A program made the position numbers and the translations under genes. This document shows, one piece after another, positions 8,043 through 15,886 of a DNA stretch of 29,734 bases. Every line of letters begins with the position of its first letter. Position 1 is the first letter of the stretch. Source of the stretch: an uncultured virus (IMG/VR IMGVR_UViG_3300049259_000045) (Duplodnaviria > Heunggongvirae > Uroviricota > Caudoviricetes); IMG/VR virus record IMGVR_UViG_3300049259_000045, one strand, 5' to 3'. Under the pieces are notes generated by a model. That model did not search any database and had not been told where the DNA came from. It worked only from the letters and a program-made list of their open reading frames with translations.

Positions 8043-8072
8043 TTGTGCTGGGACTGCTGGTAGTGTTTTACT
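8043..8072 (+). promoter_or_regulatory. Promoter for the plus-strand mini-operon
   Basis: TTGTGC-N18-TTTACT; TGTTTTACTAGG shared with the promoter at 17360. Confidence 0.6.
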
Positions 8073-8102
8073 AGGAGCGTAGCAGAGAGGAGAGGTCGGA
8101 AA

Positions 8103-8387
8103 ATGGTGAAGCTCGTCAACCCCGGGGTTCTCCCGGAAAGCCGACTGGCGGAGATGTCGCCGGATCGGGCAATTCGATACCTGGAGAACTGGCACCGAAC
8201 CTGGGAGATCGTCAACCCGGACAAGATTGCTGGCCCCACGTTCGCCACCGAGCGTGATTTGAATCACAGGCACGTGTGGCACCTGGATACCAGCAAATTT
8301 CACCCCAGGTTGATCGACAGATGGTTCTGCCGGGTTTGCCAAGCTAACACTTTTGATGACCCTCACGCAACTGAGGAGACAGCATGA
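8103..8387 (+). CDS. Hypothetical protein
   Basis: GGAGAGG RBS; first gene of plus-strand operon; CxxC near C-terminus. Confidence 0.7.
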   Translation: MVKLVNPGVLPESRLAEMSPDRAIRYLENWHRTWEIVNPDKIAGPTFATERDLNHRHVWHLDTSKFHPRLIDRWFCRVCQANTFDDPHATEETA

Positions 8388-8527
8388 CGAACCAGGAAAT
8401 GCAGGACCGCGAGGACAAGTGGGCGGACTTGATCGAGCTGGTCAACGCGGGCAGCATGACGCTTCGCGAGGCCAACGACGAGTTCAGTGCGTGGGCGGCC
8501 AAGTACAAGAACTCGGTGAACGCCTGA
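8384..8527 (+). CDS. Small hypothetical protein (47 aa, MTNQEMQDREDKW...)
   Basis: Not in ORF track; GAGGAG RBS, ATGA overlap upstream, TGATG overlap downstream. Confidence 0.7.
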   Translation: MTNQEMQDREDKWADLIELVNAGSMTLREANDEFSAWAAKYKNSVNA

Positions 8528-8679
8528 TGGCCGGGATGCTGGCCGATAGCCGCGACTACCCGGGATTCGACCAGGAGTGGGCTAACGGCAACGCGATCCG
8601 CCGGATGATCCGGCGCAAGGTGAAGCGTCAAGAAGCCAACGCAGTCCGACGCGCGATCAACGAGGAGCGTTCACAGTGA
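8527..8679 (+). CDS. Small basic protein (50 aa, MAGMLADSRDY...)
   Basis: TGATG coupling upstream, GTGA overlap downstream. Confidence 0.65.
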   Translation: MAGMLADSRDYPGFDQEWANGNAIRRMIRRKVKRQEANAVRRAINEERSQ

Positions 8680-9074
8680 ATGTCGTCTGGATTTTGGAAC
8701 AGATGAACGTGGTAGGAACTGACGACTACATGCGCATCGGAGTCTACGCGGAGCCGCATGACGTCCTGGACGATCTGGCGTTGATCGACCTGGCCCGGGA
8801 CTGGGCCACGCGGGGAGACCTGCGGGTAGGGGTAGACGAAGACCAGTACCTGATGTGGTTGGAGAAGGGATCCGACCGCGTTCAGCTCACCCCCGAACGC
8901 CTCGGCCCGAACACCCCGGAACATGAGATGGTGCTCACCGATCACCACCTTCGTGAACTCCGGCGGACGATGGCGGACCTGATGCACTCGATCAGCACCT
9001 CACCCGGAACCAACGCCCACGCGCCTCTCGGCGGATCGTGGCAGTTCGTACCGGACCCCATGACCGAGTTCTGA
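8676..9074 (+). CDS. Hypothetical protein
   Basis: GAGGAG RBS, followed by hairpin. Confidence 0.75.
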   Translation: MNVVWILEQMNVVGTDDYMRIGVYAEPHDVLDDLALIDLARDWATRGDLRVGVDEDQYLMWLEKGSDRVQLTPERLGPNTPEHEMVLTDHHLRELRRTMADLMHSISTSPGTNAHAPLGGSWQFVPDPMTEF

Positions 9075-9087
9075 CGGCAGACAGCGA

Positions 9088-9122
9088 GCGACCCCCGACC
9101 AGATGTACCGGTCGGGGGTCGC
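9088..9122. terminator. Bidirectional hairpin between convergent genes
   Basis: GCGACCCCCGACC-N9-GGTCGGGGGTCGC. Confidence 0.75.
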
Positions 9123-9134
9123 GGCTTGTCCGGC

Positions 9135-9935
9135 TTACGCCGCGTGTCGTTCAGCTCGGTGGCGTAGATCCCTGTCAGGCCAGCGGGCACGCAGGTAAGC
9201 ACCCCAGTCCGCACGTTCAGCGGAGGTCAGCTGAACCTCTCCGCACATGTCGTGCACCGCGCGAATGTTGTCGATCATCTGCGTGTGACTGACCGGCCTG
9301 GGGAACGGCAGGATGAAGTTCTCTCCAGACGGAGCGGGACAGGCTCGGTACCTTCCTTCAAAAACGTTGACGTTCCAGCGATCCATCCTGGCTCGGATGT
9401 CCAGATCGTGCAGTTGGGCGGGCAGCCATACCCGCGCCGACGCTGGCTTATGAAAGTGCTCGTCCCCCGTGCTGACACCGGCGGTGTTGTCCTCGAACGG
9501 GTGAGGCCACCCCATTTGTTTGATGACCTGGAGGGACCAGACGCGAGTCTCACGCTCGCCAGGTGTGAAGTCCCGCAGAAGACCTATCTCGGGAATTACG
9601 TCATTGCCCCCGATGTATCGCCCGATCCTGGGGATGTCTACGTGTCGATGTACCCCGGGCACGGTTCCCGCAGGGATGATTAGCTGACCCCACGTTGTGG
9701 CCAGATCATCGAGCAGATACCTGGAGTACCCGATATACCAGTCCGGCTTGACAGCCCAGTGCCCGATTTCGTGCAGGGAGTGCCACCAAGTCCCGTAGGA
9801 TCGGTTGCGTTCGGCCGGAAACGGTATATCGATGTACGCGCACAGTTCCAGCAGCTCGATATGACGCTCATCGAGCTGATGAGGTCCGTCAAACGCAGGA
9901 AACATGTGCATCAAGCTGAATGTCGGCAACGACAT
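9135..9935 (-). CDS. Putative zinc metalloprotease-like protein (HExxH)
   Basis: LHEIGHW motif plus downstream E (GERETRVW); 24 bp after traB stop. Confidence 0.6.
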   Translation of the reverse strand: MSLPTFSLMHMFPAFDGPHQLDERHIELLELCAYIDIPFPAERNRSYGTWWHSLHEIGHWAVKPDWYIGYSRYLLDDLATTWGQLIIPAGTVPGVHRHVDIPRIGRYIGGNDVIPEIGLLRDFTPGERETRVWSLQVIKQMGWPHPFEDNTAGVSTGDEHFHKPASARVWLPAQLHDLDIRARMDRWNVNVFEGRYRACPAPSGENFILPFPRPVSHTQMIDNIRAVHDMCGEVQLTSAERADWGAYLRARWPDRDLRHRAERHAA

Positions 9936-9959
9936 GTTACTTCTGTTCCTCTTCCCTGT

Positions 9960-12092
9960 TTAGCCGCGACCCTTGGGCTTCGGCTTGATTGCGTAATGTC
10001 CAAACGAAGGCTGGTGGACCCGCTCGTCGGCTTGCAGCCAGCGGGTGATGGTCCGGATAACCGGAACATTCCGACCAGCGAACGACTTGGACAAGGCTCG
10101 GTGGATGTCGGCAGGTTTGATGCCGTCTTCCCCCGAAGCTTTGACGACTCCGAAGACAATGGTCTTGAAGTCGAGACCTCCCTCTTCGGAGTCGTCTTCG
10201 TCGTCAGTCGGCGGAGTCGGCTCGGGCAGGGCAGCCGACCAGGTACCGGGGTCGTCCCAATCCGCCATCCCTTCCAATTTCATGATCCGCTCGAATTCGT
10301 CACGATAGTCAGGCACTTCGTCACCTCCTCCCGCGTTAGCCATGGCCTCCTGTACCTCTCGCTTGGCTGTTTCCGGGTCTCGGGGAGCGCCGTCGAACGC
10401 ATCGGAGATCGGATCCGGAGCAGGCTTCTCGATGGACACGGGCGGAGTTGACGCTCCACCAGAACCGACCGCTACCGGCGCCAGCTTCATGGCCTCAAGC
10501 CATTCAGCCCGCTGCCAGCGTCCCTCATACTGATCACCGGCTGCCTTGAGGGATTCCTCGTCCAACGCAGCTCGTAGATGAGCTGTTCCGACCGTGATGG
10601 CCCTCATGTGCTCCGGCAGGACGCGGTACCCCTTGAACGCCTTAACCACTCCGGTTTCTCCGTCAGCGTACACGCCGTAACCTCGGTCCGGCATGTCCTG
10701 CGGAGTTACCTTGGCCTCCCAGCCTACCAGGTACGCAATCTCGTCTTGATTCTCCATCATCAAGCCGATCTTGACCCGGGACTGGGACTTGACCATGGGG
10801 TCTCCGAACACGTCGGTAGTCGCCCGGAGACCGCAGGTCAGTTCGTTGACACCGACCGATCGAGCGATGCGCAGAACCTCCATGTAGTTGGCCGCAACCT
10901 TGCGCTTGGCCGCGTTATCCGATCCGGTCAGGGTCTGCTGCCCGAGGAATTCGGCGCCCTCGTCCGAGATGATCAAGATGCCCGGCAACTCGGGGGTCAT
11001 CGGCAGCAGGTCGGTGTTGGCCTCGTACATCAAGGTCTGGTACACGATCTTGCGGTGTTTGGCGATGGCTACCGCAGCAGCGGTCATGCACAGGGCCTCA
11101 GCATCGTCGGTAGCCACCCAGTCAACAGGGGGTCGACCGCCGGGTCGGCCTGCTTCGTCCCACGCCTTCATCCATGGAGTGGCCAGGCCACCGCCGTTGT
11201 AGTCGATGATCCAGACCAGCAGGTTAGGCATCCGGAGAAGCCGGGTCATGATGACCCGGAGTTGGTTGGTCTTACCGGCGCCCTTCTGTCCGACCAACAT
11301 CGCAGAGAATTCGCGCAAGTTGATAAGGGCCAGACTGCTGTCCCGCTCCTTACCGATGTCGAAGTGCTTCTCGAAGTCCAGCGGGGTCACATCGAGCGGA
11401 ACGGGGTGCTCTCCGTCCAGCGCGTTGATGAGCGACACCTTGATGACAGCCAGCCCTCGATTAACACCGGGGCCCACCTCCACGCCGCAGCCCTCGGGCA
11501 GCTTGGCGTCGGACGCCAGACCGTCGCTGAATGCTTTGATAGTGCGGTAGGTGTGTCCGCCGGACGGCAGTTCTACCTCTAGGCTGAACCCTGCATCCTT
11601 GGGCCAACCTTTGTCGTCCACCGCGATTACCTTGGTTCCGCGCAGGTTGCACACGCGGTCGATTCGGTCCGCCCACTCGTTGGCTGTCCCCACCTTAGCC
11701 AGGTAGTCAGCAACGGCCTGAGCCTTCTCGTCGCGCTTCCTCTTGCGGTTGGCCAAGTGAGCACCTACCACGCCCATGAAAGCTGCCGACCCGGCCAACA
11801 CGCCTACCGTGGTCGGGTTGATGGGATTGTTGTACGTCAAGGCGTAGCTCATCCACCCTCCGGCTCCGAGCCAGGACGCGACTCGGAACACCAGGGCTCC
11901 ACCGGTTAGCTTCTCCTCGTCCTCACGGGCGAGACCGCCGATGACTCCGCCGACCGACATCACTCCACCTGCCAGCAGCGGCCAGCCGGGGCCAACGTGC
12001 TCCAGTGACGCCAGTGAAGAAATAGCCATGAGTCCGGTAGCGGCGTTGAGTGTGCCGGATGCCGGTCCGTGTTTGGCTGACCAGTCTGCCAT
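9960..12092 (-). CDS. traB: TraB-type FtsK/SpoIIIE conjugative dsDNA translocase
   Basis: N-terminal TM helices, Walker A GQKGAGKT, Walker B ILIISDE, ARSVGV arginine-finger region, C-terminal winged-helix-like domain; architecture of Streptomyces plasmid/AICE TraB. Confidence 0.85.
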   Translation of the reverse strand: MADWSAKHGPASGTLNAATGLMAISSLASLEHVGPGWPLLAGGVMSVGGVIGGLAREDEEKLTGGALVFRVASWLGAGGWMSYALTYNNPINPTTVGVLAGSAAFMGVVGAHLANRKRKRDEKAQAVADYLAKVGTANEWADRIDRVCNLRGTKVIAVDDKGWPKDAGFSLEVELPSGGHTYRTIKAFSDGLASDAKLPEGCGVEVGPGVNRGLAVIKVSLINALDGEHPVPLDVTPLDFEKHFDIGKERDSSLALINLREFSAMLVGQKGAGKTNQLRVIMTRLLRMPNLLVWIIDYNGGGLATPWMKAWDEAGRPGGRPPVDWVATDDAEALCMTAAAVAIAKHRKIVYQTLMYEANTDLLPMTPELPGILIISDEGAEFLGQQTLTGSDNAAKRKVAANYMEVLRIARSVGVNELTCGLRATTDVFGDPMVKSQSRVKIGLMMENQDEIAYLVGWEAKVTPQDMPDRGYGVYADGETGVVKAFKGYRVLPEHMRAITVGTAHLRAALDEESLKAAGDQYEGRWQRAEWLEAMKLAPVAVGSGGASTPPVSIEKPAPDPISDAFDGAPRDPETAKREVQEAMANAGGGDEVPDYRDEFERIMKLEGMADWDDPGTWSAALPEPTPPTDDEDDSEEGGLDFKTIVFGVVKASGEDGIKPADIHRALSKSFAGRNVPVIRTITRWLQADERVHQPSFGHYAIKPKPKGRG

Positions 12093-12162
12093 TTTACCTT
12101 ACCTCCAATTCAAGGCTGAGCCGGGAGCCTCACGACTGAGGCTCCCGGCAGTGGAAGGGCTG

Positions 12163-13641
12163 TCACCGGTTGGCGGTGACGTCCCACTTCTGCTCACCGC
12201 GTCGCGGCGATTCGATCCGAGCAATGTCCACCTGGTGCAGGTTGCGGAACATCGGACCGAGGTCTTCGGCGGACGTGGCTGCTGCGAGCAGCGTCTTGTA
12301 GATGTCGCCCATCGTGTTGATGATGGCCGGGTTGATCGGGTCGTTGTCGTTGGATCGCTGGGTCATCACCCGCAGAGTCTCCGCGACGTTGCGAAGAGCC
12401 AACGGGAGCTGGCTGAGGTCGTTACCGACCTGCATCATGCCCTGGGGGTCGTAAACCGCTGCTGCGCCCATCATCTCGGCGGTAGCGGTCACGAATGCGG
12501 CTGCGGTCATGCTCGGGGTTCCTCCTGTTGTTGTGACCCGACCAAGGCCACCGCCGGTCGAGCCTCCATTCTTTGGGGTTCGTACTGTTGTTCCTACCGT
12601 GCCGGGGGCTGTGGGACTGGTCCCAGTAGCCGGAATTACCGGGGTGGTACCGCCGGGGGCAGCGGTAGACCGTCGATTTTTCCATACCTGCAGTGCTTTC
12701 TTCCACGACCGGCCTCGAATTCCAGCCAGTCCGGCAAAGATGGCAGGCCACAACACTCGCTTGCCCATCTTTGCCAAATTCCGTGCTGCGAACTGCCTCG
12801 GCTTGGCGGTTGCCTTCCAGCCCTTGCGCGCTGTTCCGCCAGCCTTGACAGCAGTACGGCCAACCGCGCGACCTCCGCTCATTGCCGAATTGACGCCGCG
12901 CTTGAGACCGCTGGTCCGGCTCGACGCGTGCCGACCTCCGCCGGACCGACCCTTTGACACACCCAACAGGTCGCCCAAGGTCCGCCCGTTTGAGCTACGC
13001 GGACCACTGGTCCGAGAGCCTGGTCCGGCCGGTCCGCTGGTCCGGCTGCCCGGACCACCAGCCTTAGCGCCTGGTCCGGGCGTGGTCCGGCCGGTCCGCT
13101 GGTCCGGTCCGCTGCTGGTCCGTGGTCCAGAGCCCCCGGATTGTGGTCCGCTGGTCCGTCCTCCTGGTCCGGATCCCAACAGGCCACTGGTCCGGCTGCC
13201 CGAGCCTGGTCCGCTGGTCCGCGATCCTCCACCCGGACCACCCGAGTTGGTCCGTCCGCTGGCGCCTGGTCCGGACCGGACCGGACTGGCTGCCCGGAAT
13301 GCAGCGCCCAGACCGGACCCTGGTCCTCGACGGTACCGGGCGTTGGTCCGGAGCGCGTACACCCCGGCAGCCAGGGCAGCCACCCCAACCACCAGTCCGG
13401 TTTCTGCGCCGCCGATGATCATCGCCGACTCAGCTCCGGCGACAGTGGCCACGTTCACCGCGCCCACCGCCAACGGGACGCCAGGGAGCCCCTTGTTTTT
13501 CTGGGCGCGGGAGCGCTTCGGAGCGGGCTTGGGTGCCGTAGTACCGGCCAGGGGCTGCGGAGCCGCCGGAGGGGCCACCGGAGCCGCCGATGAGGGCGTT
13601 CCGGGGATCTGGATGCTCGGGGTAGGGGCCTGATTGCTCAC
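12163..13641 (-). CDS. TraA-like plasmid transfer accessory protein with Gly/Pro/Ser/Arg low-complexity region
   Basis: Directly upstream of traB; C-terminal FRNLHQVDIARIESPRRGEQKWDV resembles Streptomyces plasmid TraA-type proteins (recognised from memory); AAGGAGG RBS. Confidence 0.65.
   Translation of the reverse strand: MSNQAPTPSIQIPGTPSSAAPVAPPAAPQPLAGTTAPKPAPKRSRAQKNKGLPGVPLAVGAVNVATVAGAESAMIIGGAETGLVVGVAALAAGVYALRTNARYRRGPGSGLGAAFRAASPVRSGPGASGRTNSGGPGGGSRTSGPGSGSRTSGLLGSGPGGRTSGPQSGGSGPRTSSGPDQRTGRTTPGPGAKAGGPGSRTSGPAGPGSRTSGPRSSNGRTLGDLLGVSKGRSGGGRHASSRTSGLKRGVNSAMSGGRAVGRTAVKAGGTARKGWKATAKPRQFAARNLAKMGKRVLWPAIFAGLAGIRGRSWKKALQVWKNRRSTAAPGGTTPVIPATGTSPTAPGTVGTTVRTPKNGGSTGGGLGRVTTTGGTPSMTAAAFVTATAEMMGAAAVYDPQGMMQVGNDLSQLPLALRNVAETLRVMTQRSNDNDPINPAIINTMGDIYKTLLAAATSAEDLGPMFRNLHQVDIARIESPRRGEQKWDVTANR
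12911..13350. repeat. GGWCC repeat cluster 1 (candidate clt/TraB recognition array)
   Basis: 30 GGWCC counted by eye (23 GGTCC, 7 GGACC), including 13 exact CTGGTCCG direct repeats. Confidence 0.8.
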
Positions 13642-13657
13642 GGGTTCACCTCCTTAC

Positions 13658-13672
13658 GTTACTCTGTGTTAG
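13658..13672. promoter_or_regulatory. BldD-box consensus match
   Basis: GTTACTCTGTGTTAG matches NTNACNC(A/T)GNGTNAN; abuts the traA-like RBS. Confidence 0.55.
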
Positions 13673-13675
13673 TGC

Positions 13676-13790
13676 GACAAATCGGACTCGGACAAGTGGG
13701 ACACGGGGGGTGTGTGGGGTCTGTATACCCCACGACCGGCCCGAGGAGGGGTGTCCTACCCCTGTCCGATCTGTCCGAGTCCCACCTGTC
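13676..13790. repeat. Nested inverted repeats in the spdB-traA intergenic region
   Basis: GGACTCGGACA 13684-13694 / TGTCCGAGTCC 13772-13782; inner hairpins 13714-13733 and 13747-13763. Confidence 0.65.
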
Positions 13791-13807
13791 ATACTAACCA
13801 CGGGTGA

Positions 13808-14995
13808 TCACACCGCCTTAAGGTGATCGCCGTAACCGGGCTGAGAACGTCCCCAAGCGGCTACCCTGCCCGCTCGGGTGGTGTTGATGGCCTCTTTGAA
13901 CCCGTCATGGGTTCGGATGACCTCACCGACGTTCCGGCGGTTGATCGTGATGCCGCTCTCAATCATGTACTGGATCGCGCGACGCTCTGTTTCGGTGGCC
14001 TCGAACTCTTCCGGCTGAGCCACCTCGCTCTCAACCGCAGTCGGTTCGGCTTGGACCTGGTCCGCCGGTACAGGCGGAAGTTCGGGGGTGGTCCGGACCT
14101 GGTCCAACATCGGCGCGGTCCGGGCAGGCTGGACCAAGTGGTCCGGCAGCGGGGGGAGCTGGTCTGCGGTCCGGTCCGTGCTGATGTGGCCCCCGACCTC
14201 GTGGACCTGGTCCGCCCGGACCAGCGGACCAGCCTGGTCCAAGGGTGTGGTCCGGCGGGTGAACCAGTTGGTCCGGGCGGACCGCTTGTTGGTCCGGATG
14301 ACCTCGGCAACGGACCACGCTTGGTCCAGGTCTCGCGTACCGGTCCGGACCATCTCGGACCACGCGGTCCACGCGGTCCGGGGGAAGCGGACCCAGCGGA
14401 CCAGACCCATCTTGGGCATCGGCTTGGTCCGCATGTTGGCCTGACGGAGCTTCCGGCGGTGGATCAGTCGAGCGTACAGCTCCCACACCATCAGACCGAT
14501 CATGGTCATTGACGCGAAGGTGACTGACCTCGGGGTCGCCGACCAGTGGTCCGAGTAGTGCCACCACTGCTGCGTAGCCGACCCGGTAGCGAAAGCCCAG
14601 GTCGCCAGCCGGAACTCGATTCCGCTGTCGCCGTCCTTGCGAGCCTCGTGGTACATCCACCCGCAGAACGCGGTGGTGAGTTCGTACGCTGCGGCGTAGA
14701 CGATCGCGGCCGGAAACGTCCAGCCGATGACCTTCATCGCGAATCCGGCCTGACCGGTCCACGCAACGGCCATGGGCGCCAAGATCGGACCGGAAATCAT
14801 CACGGTCCGAGTGGCCAAAGCTACCTTGCTCAGCCGCTGGCGAGTGAGCGCGTCGCGCTCCGCACGGCGGTCGATCTTGTTACGAAGTTCTTCCCGCTCA
14901 TCCAGCCGCTCAAGCTGACGCTTCCGGATCTTGCGATCGACCCGGCGGTCAAGCCAGCCGGAGCGAGGTGTTACCGGGGTGTTTTCCTCGGACAT
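13808..14995 (-). CDS. DUF2637/SpdB-like membrane spread protein
   Basis: N-terminal coiled coil, four TM helices, PKMGLVRWVRFPRTAWTAW motif, Pro-rich linker, C-terminal helical domain. Confidence 0.75.
   Translation of the reverse strand: MSEENTPVTPRSGWLDRRVDRKIRKRQLERLDEREELRNKIDRRAERDALTRQRLSKVALATRTVMISGPILAPMAVAWTGQAGFAMKVIGWTFPAAIVYAAAYELTTAFCGWMYHEARKDGDSGIEFRLATWAFATGSATQQWWHYSDHWSATPRSVTFASMTMIGLMVWELYARLIHRRKLRQANMRTKPMPKMGLVRWVRFPRTAWTAWSEMVRTGTRDLDQAWSVAEVIRTNKRSARTNWFTRRTTPLDQAGPLVRADQVHEVGGHISTDRTADQLPPLPDHLVQPARTAPMLDQVRTTPELPPVPADQVQAEPTAVESEVAQPEEFEATETERRAIQYMIESGITINRRNVGEVIRTHDGFKEAINTTRAGRVAAWGRSQPGYGDHLKAV
14053..14430. repeat. GGWCC repeat cluster 2
   Basis: 29 GGWCC counted by eye (17 GGTCC, 12 GGACC), many as inverted pairs such as GGACCTGGTCC. 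Confidence 0.8.
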
Positions 14996-15040
14996 TGCCT
15001 ACTCCTTAGGCGGATTGTATTAGGGAGAGTGTAGGTTTCC

Positions 15041-15111
15041 ATTCTATCATATCGGTTGCGCATGCAGCAACCCCCCAACCCGGCTTTGACGCTCCGGGCG
15101 GGGGGTTGCTG
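15041..15111 (-). promoter_or_regulatory. Promoter of the spdB-traA-traB operon overlapping an upstream hairpin
   Basis: TTGCTG(15070-15065)-N18-TAGAAT(15046-15041); stem CAGCAACCCCC/GGGGGTTGCTG 15065-15111. Confidence 0.75.
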
Positions 15112-15123
15112 GCGTGACCTTCG

Positions 15124-15312
15124 TCACACGGCCTTGTTGCGGCGGTCCACCCGAGCCTGCGCCAGCCGCTTGACGGCGGACGAGTCCGCGTGCTTGATGA
15201 CCTCTCCCCACGGCAGGGTCACGGCGTAGACCGTGGCGCGGTATCGGTCGCCCCTGACGCCTTCCTTGGTGACGGTGGTCTTGCGAGCCTTGGGGGTCCA
15301 GTTCGCGGTCAT
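15124..15312 (-). CDS. Small basic hypothetical protein (62 aa)
   Basis: AGGGAG RBS, own class B promoter. Confidence 0.8.
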   Translation of the reverse strand: MTANWTPKARKTTVTKEGVRGDRYRATVYAVTLPWGEVIKHADSSAVKRLAQARVDRRNKAV

Positions 15313-15335
15313 TTTGTCTCCCTCGTTGTTCCGGC

Positions 15336-15393
15336 TTGTAGAACAATTTTAACATGACTCGACCCCCTGACGCAAGTCCACGTCAGGGGGTCG
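15336..15393 (-). promoter_or_regulatory. Class B promoter fused with hairpin
   Basis: TTGCGT-N18-TAAAAT then TGTTCTACAA; 13-bp stem 15360-15372/15381-15393. Confidence 0.85.
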
Positions 15394-15413
15394 TTGATGA
15401 AGGTCCGAATCCG

Positions 15414-15599
15414 TCACCCCTCGGGGGTTTCTGCGTTCTTCTCCGCCAACCGAGCCGCCATCCGCTCAGCGCGCTGGGTGCGAACGTCCTCCTCGCGCTG
15501 GCGGACCTCCGCCAGCTCCTCGTCCGTCATCGTCAGAGACTTGCCGATCTGGGAACGTCGGATGATCTGCACTGTCTGGGAAGTGACCTTGCGACGCAT
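15414..15599 (-). CDS. Small helical hypothetical protein (61 aa, MRRKVTSQ...)
   Basis: AAGGAG RBS, own class B promoter. Confidence 0.8.
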   Translation of the reverse strand: MRRKVTSQTVQIIRRSQIGKSLTMTDEELAEVRQREEDVRTQRAERMAARLAEKNAETPEG

Positions 15600-15633
15600 T
15601 GTGTGCTCCTTCGCTGTGGCCGGTCGTCCCGGC

Positions 15634-15699
15634 TTGTAGAACAATTTTAACACACTGCGCGACCCCCGCACAAGTCCTGATGTGCGGGGGTCGCGCAGT
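15634..15699 (-). promoter_or_regulatory. Class B promoter fused with hairpin
   Basis: TTGTGC-N18-TAAAAT then TGTTCTACAA; 19-bp stem 15654-15672/15681-15699. Confidence 0.85.
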
Positions 15700-15702
15700 C
15701 GG

Positions 15703-15864
15703 TCAGCGAAGGGGGGTGACCTCGTCGGAGGAGTGGGTGCCGAGGTAGCCGCCGTGCTCGTTGGCGTCCCAGTTGACTTCGACGCCCTCGCTGTCCTGCT
15801 TGACCACGGTGCCCTCGGCACCGGTCTGGACGTGCTCCACGCGGTCATTCTTGTTGTACGCCAT
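15703..15864 (-). CDS. Small SH3/KOW-like beta-barrel protein (53 aa)
   Basis: DRVEH..TGAEGTVV...VEVNWD pattern; GGGGAG RBS. Confidence 0.75.
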   Translation of the reverse strand: MAYNKNDRVEHVQTGAEGTVVKQDSEGVEVNWDANEHGGYLGTHSSDEVTPLR

Positions 15865-15886
15865 CAGATCTCCCCAATAGTTCCGA

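Noticed and set aside
9960..12092. Chromosomal FtsK or type VII EccC assignment
   Set aside because: Single ATPase domain and SpdB/TraA-like neighbours fit plasmid-type TraB better.
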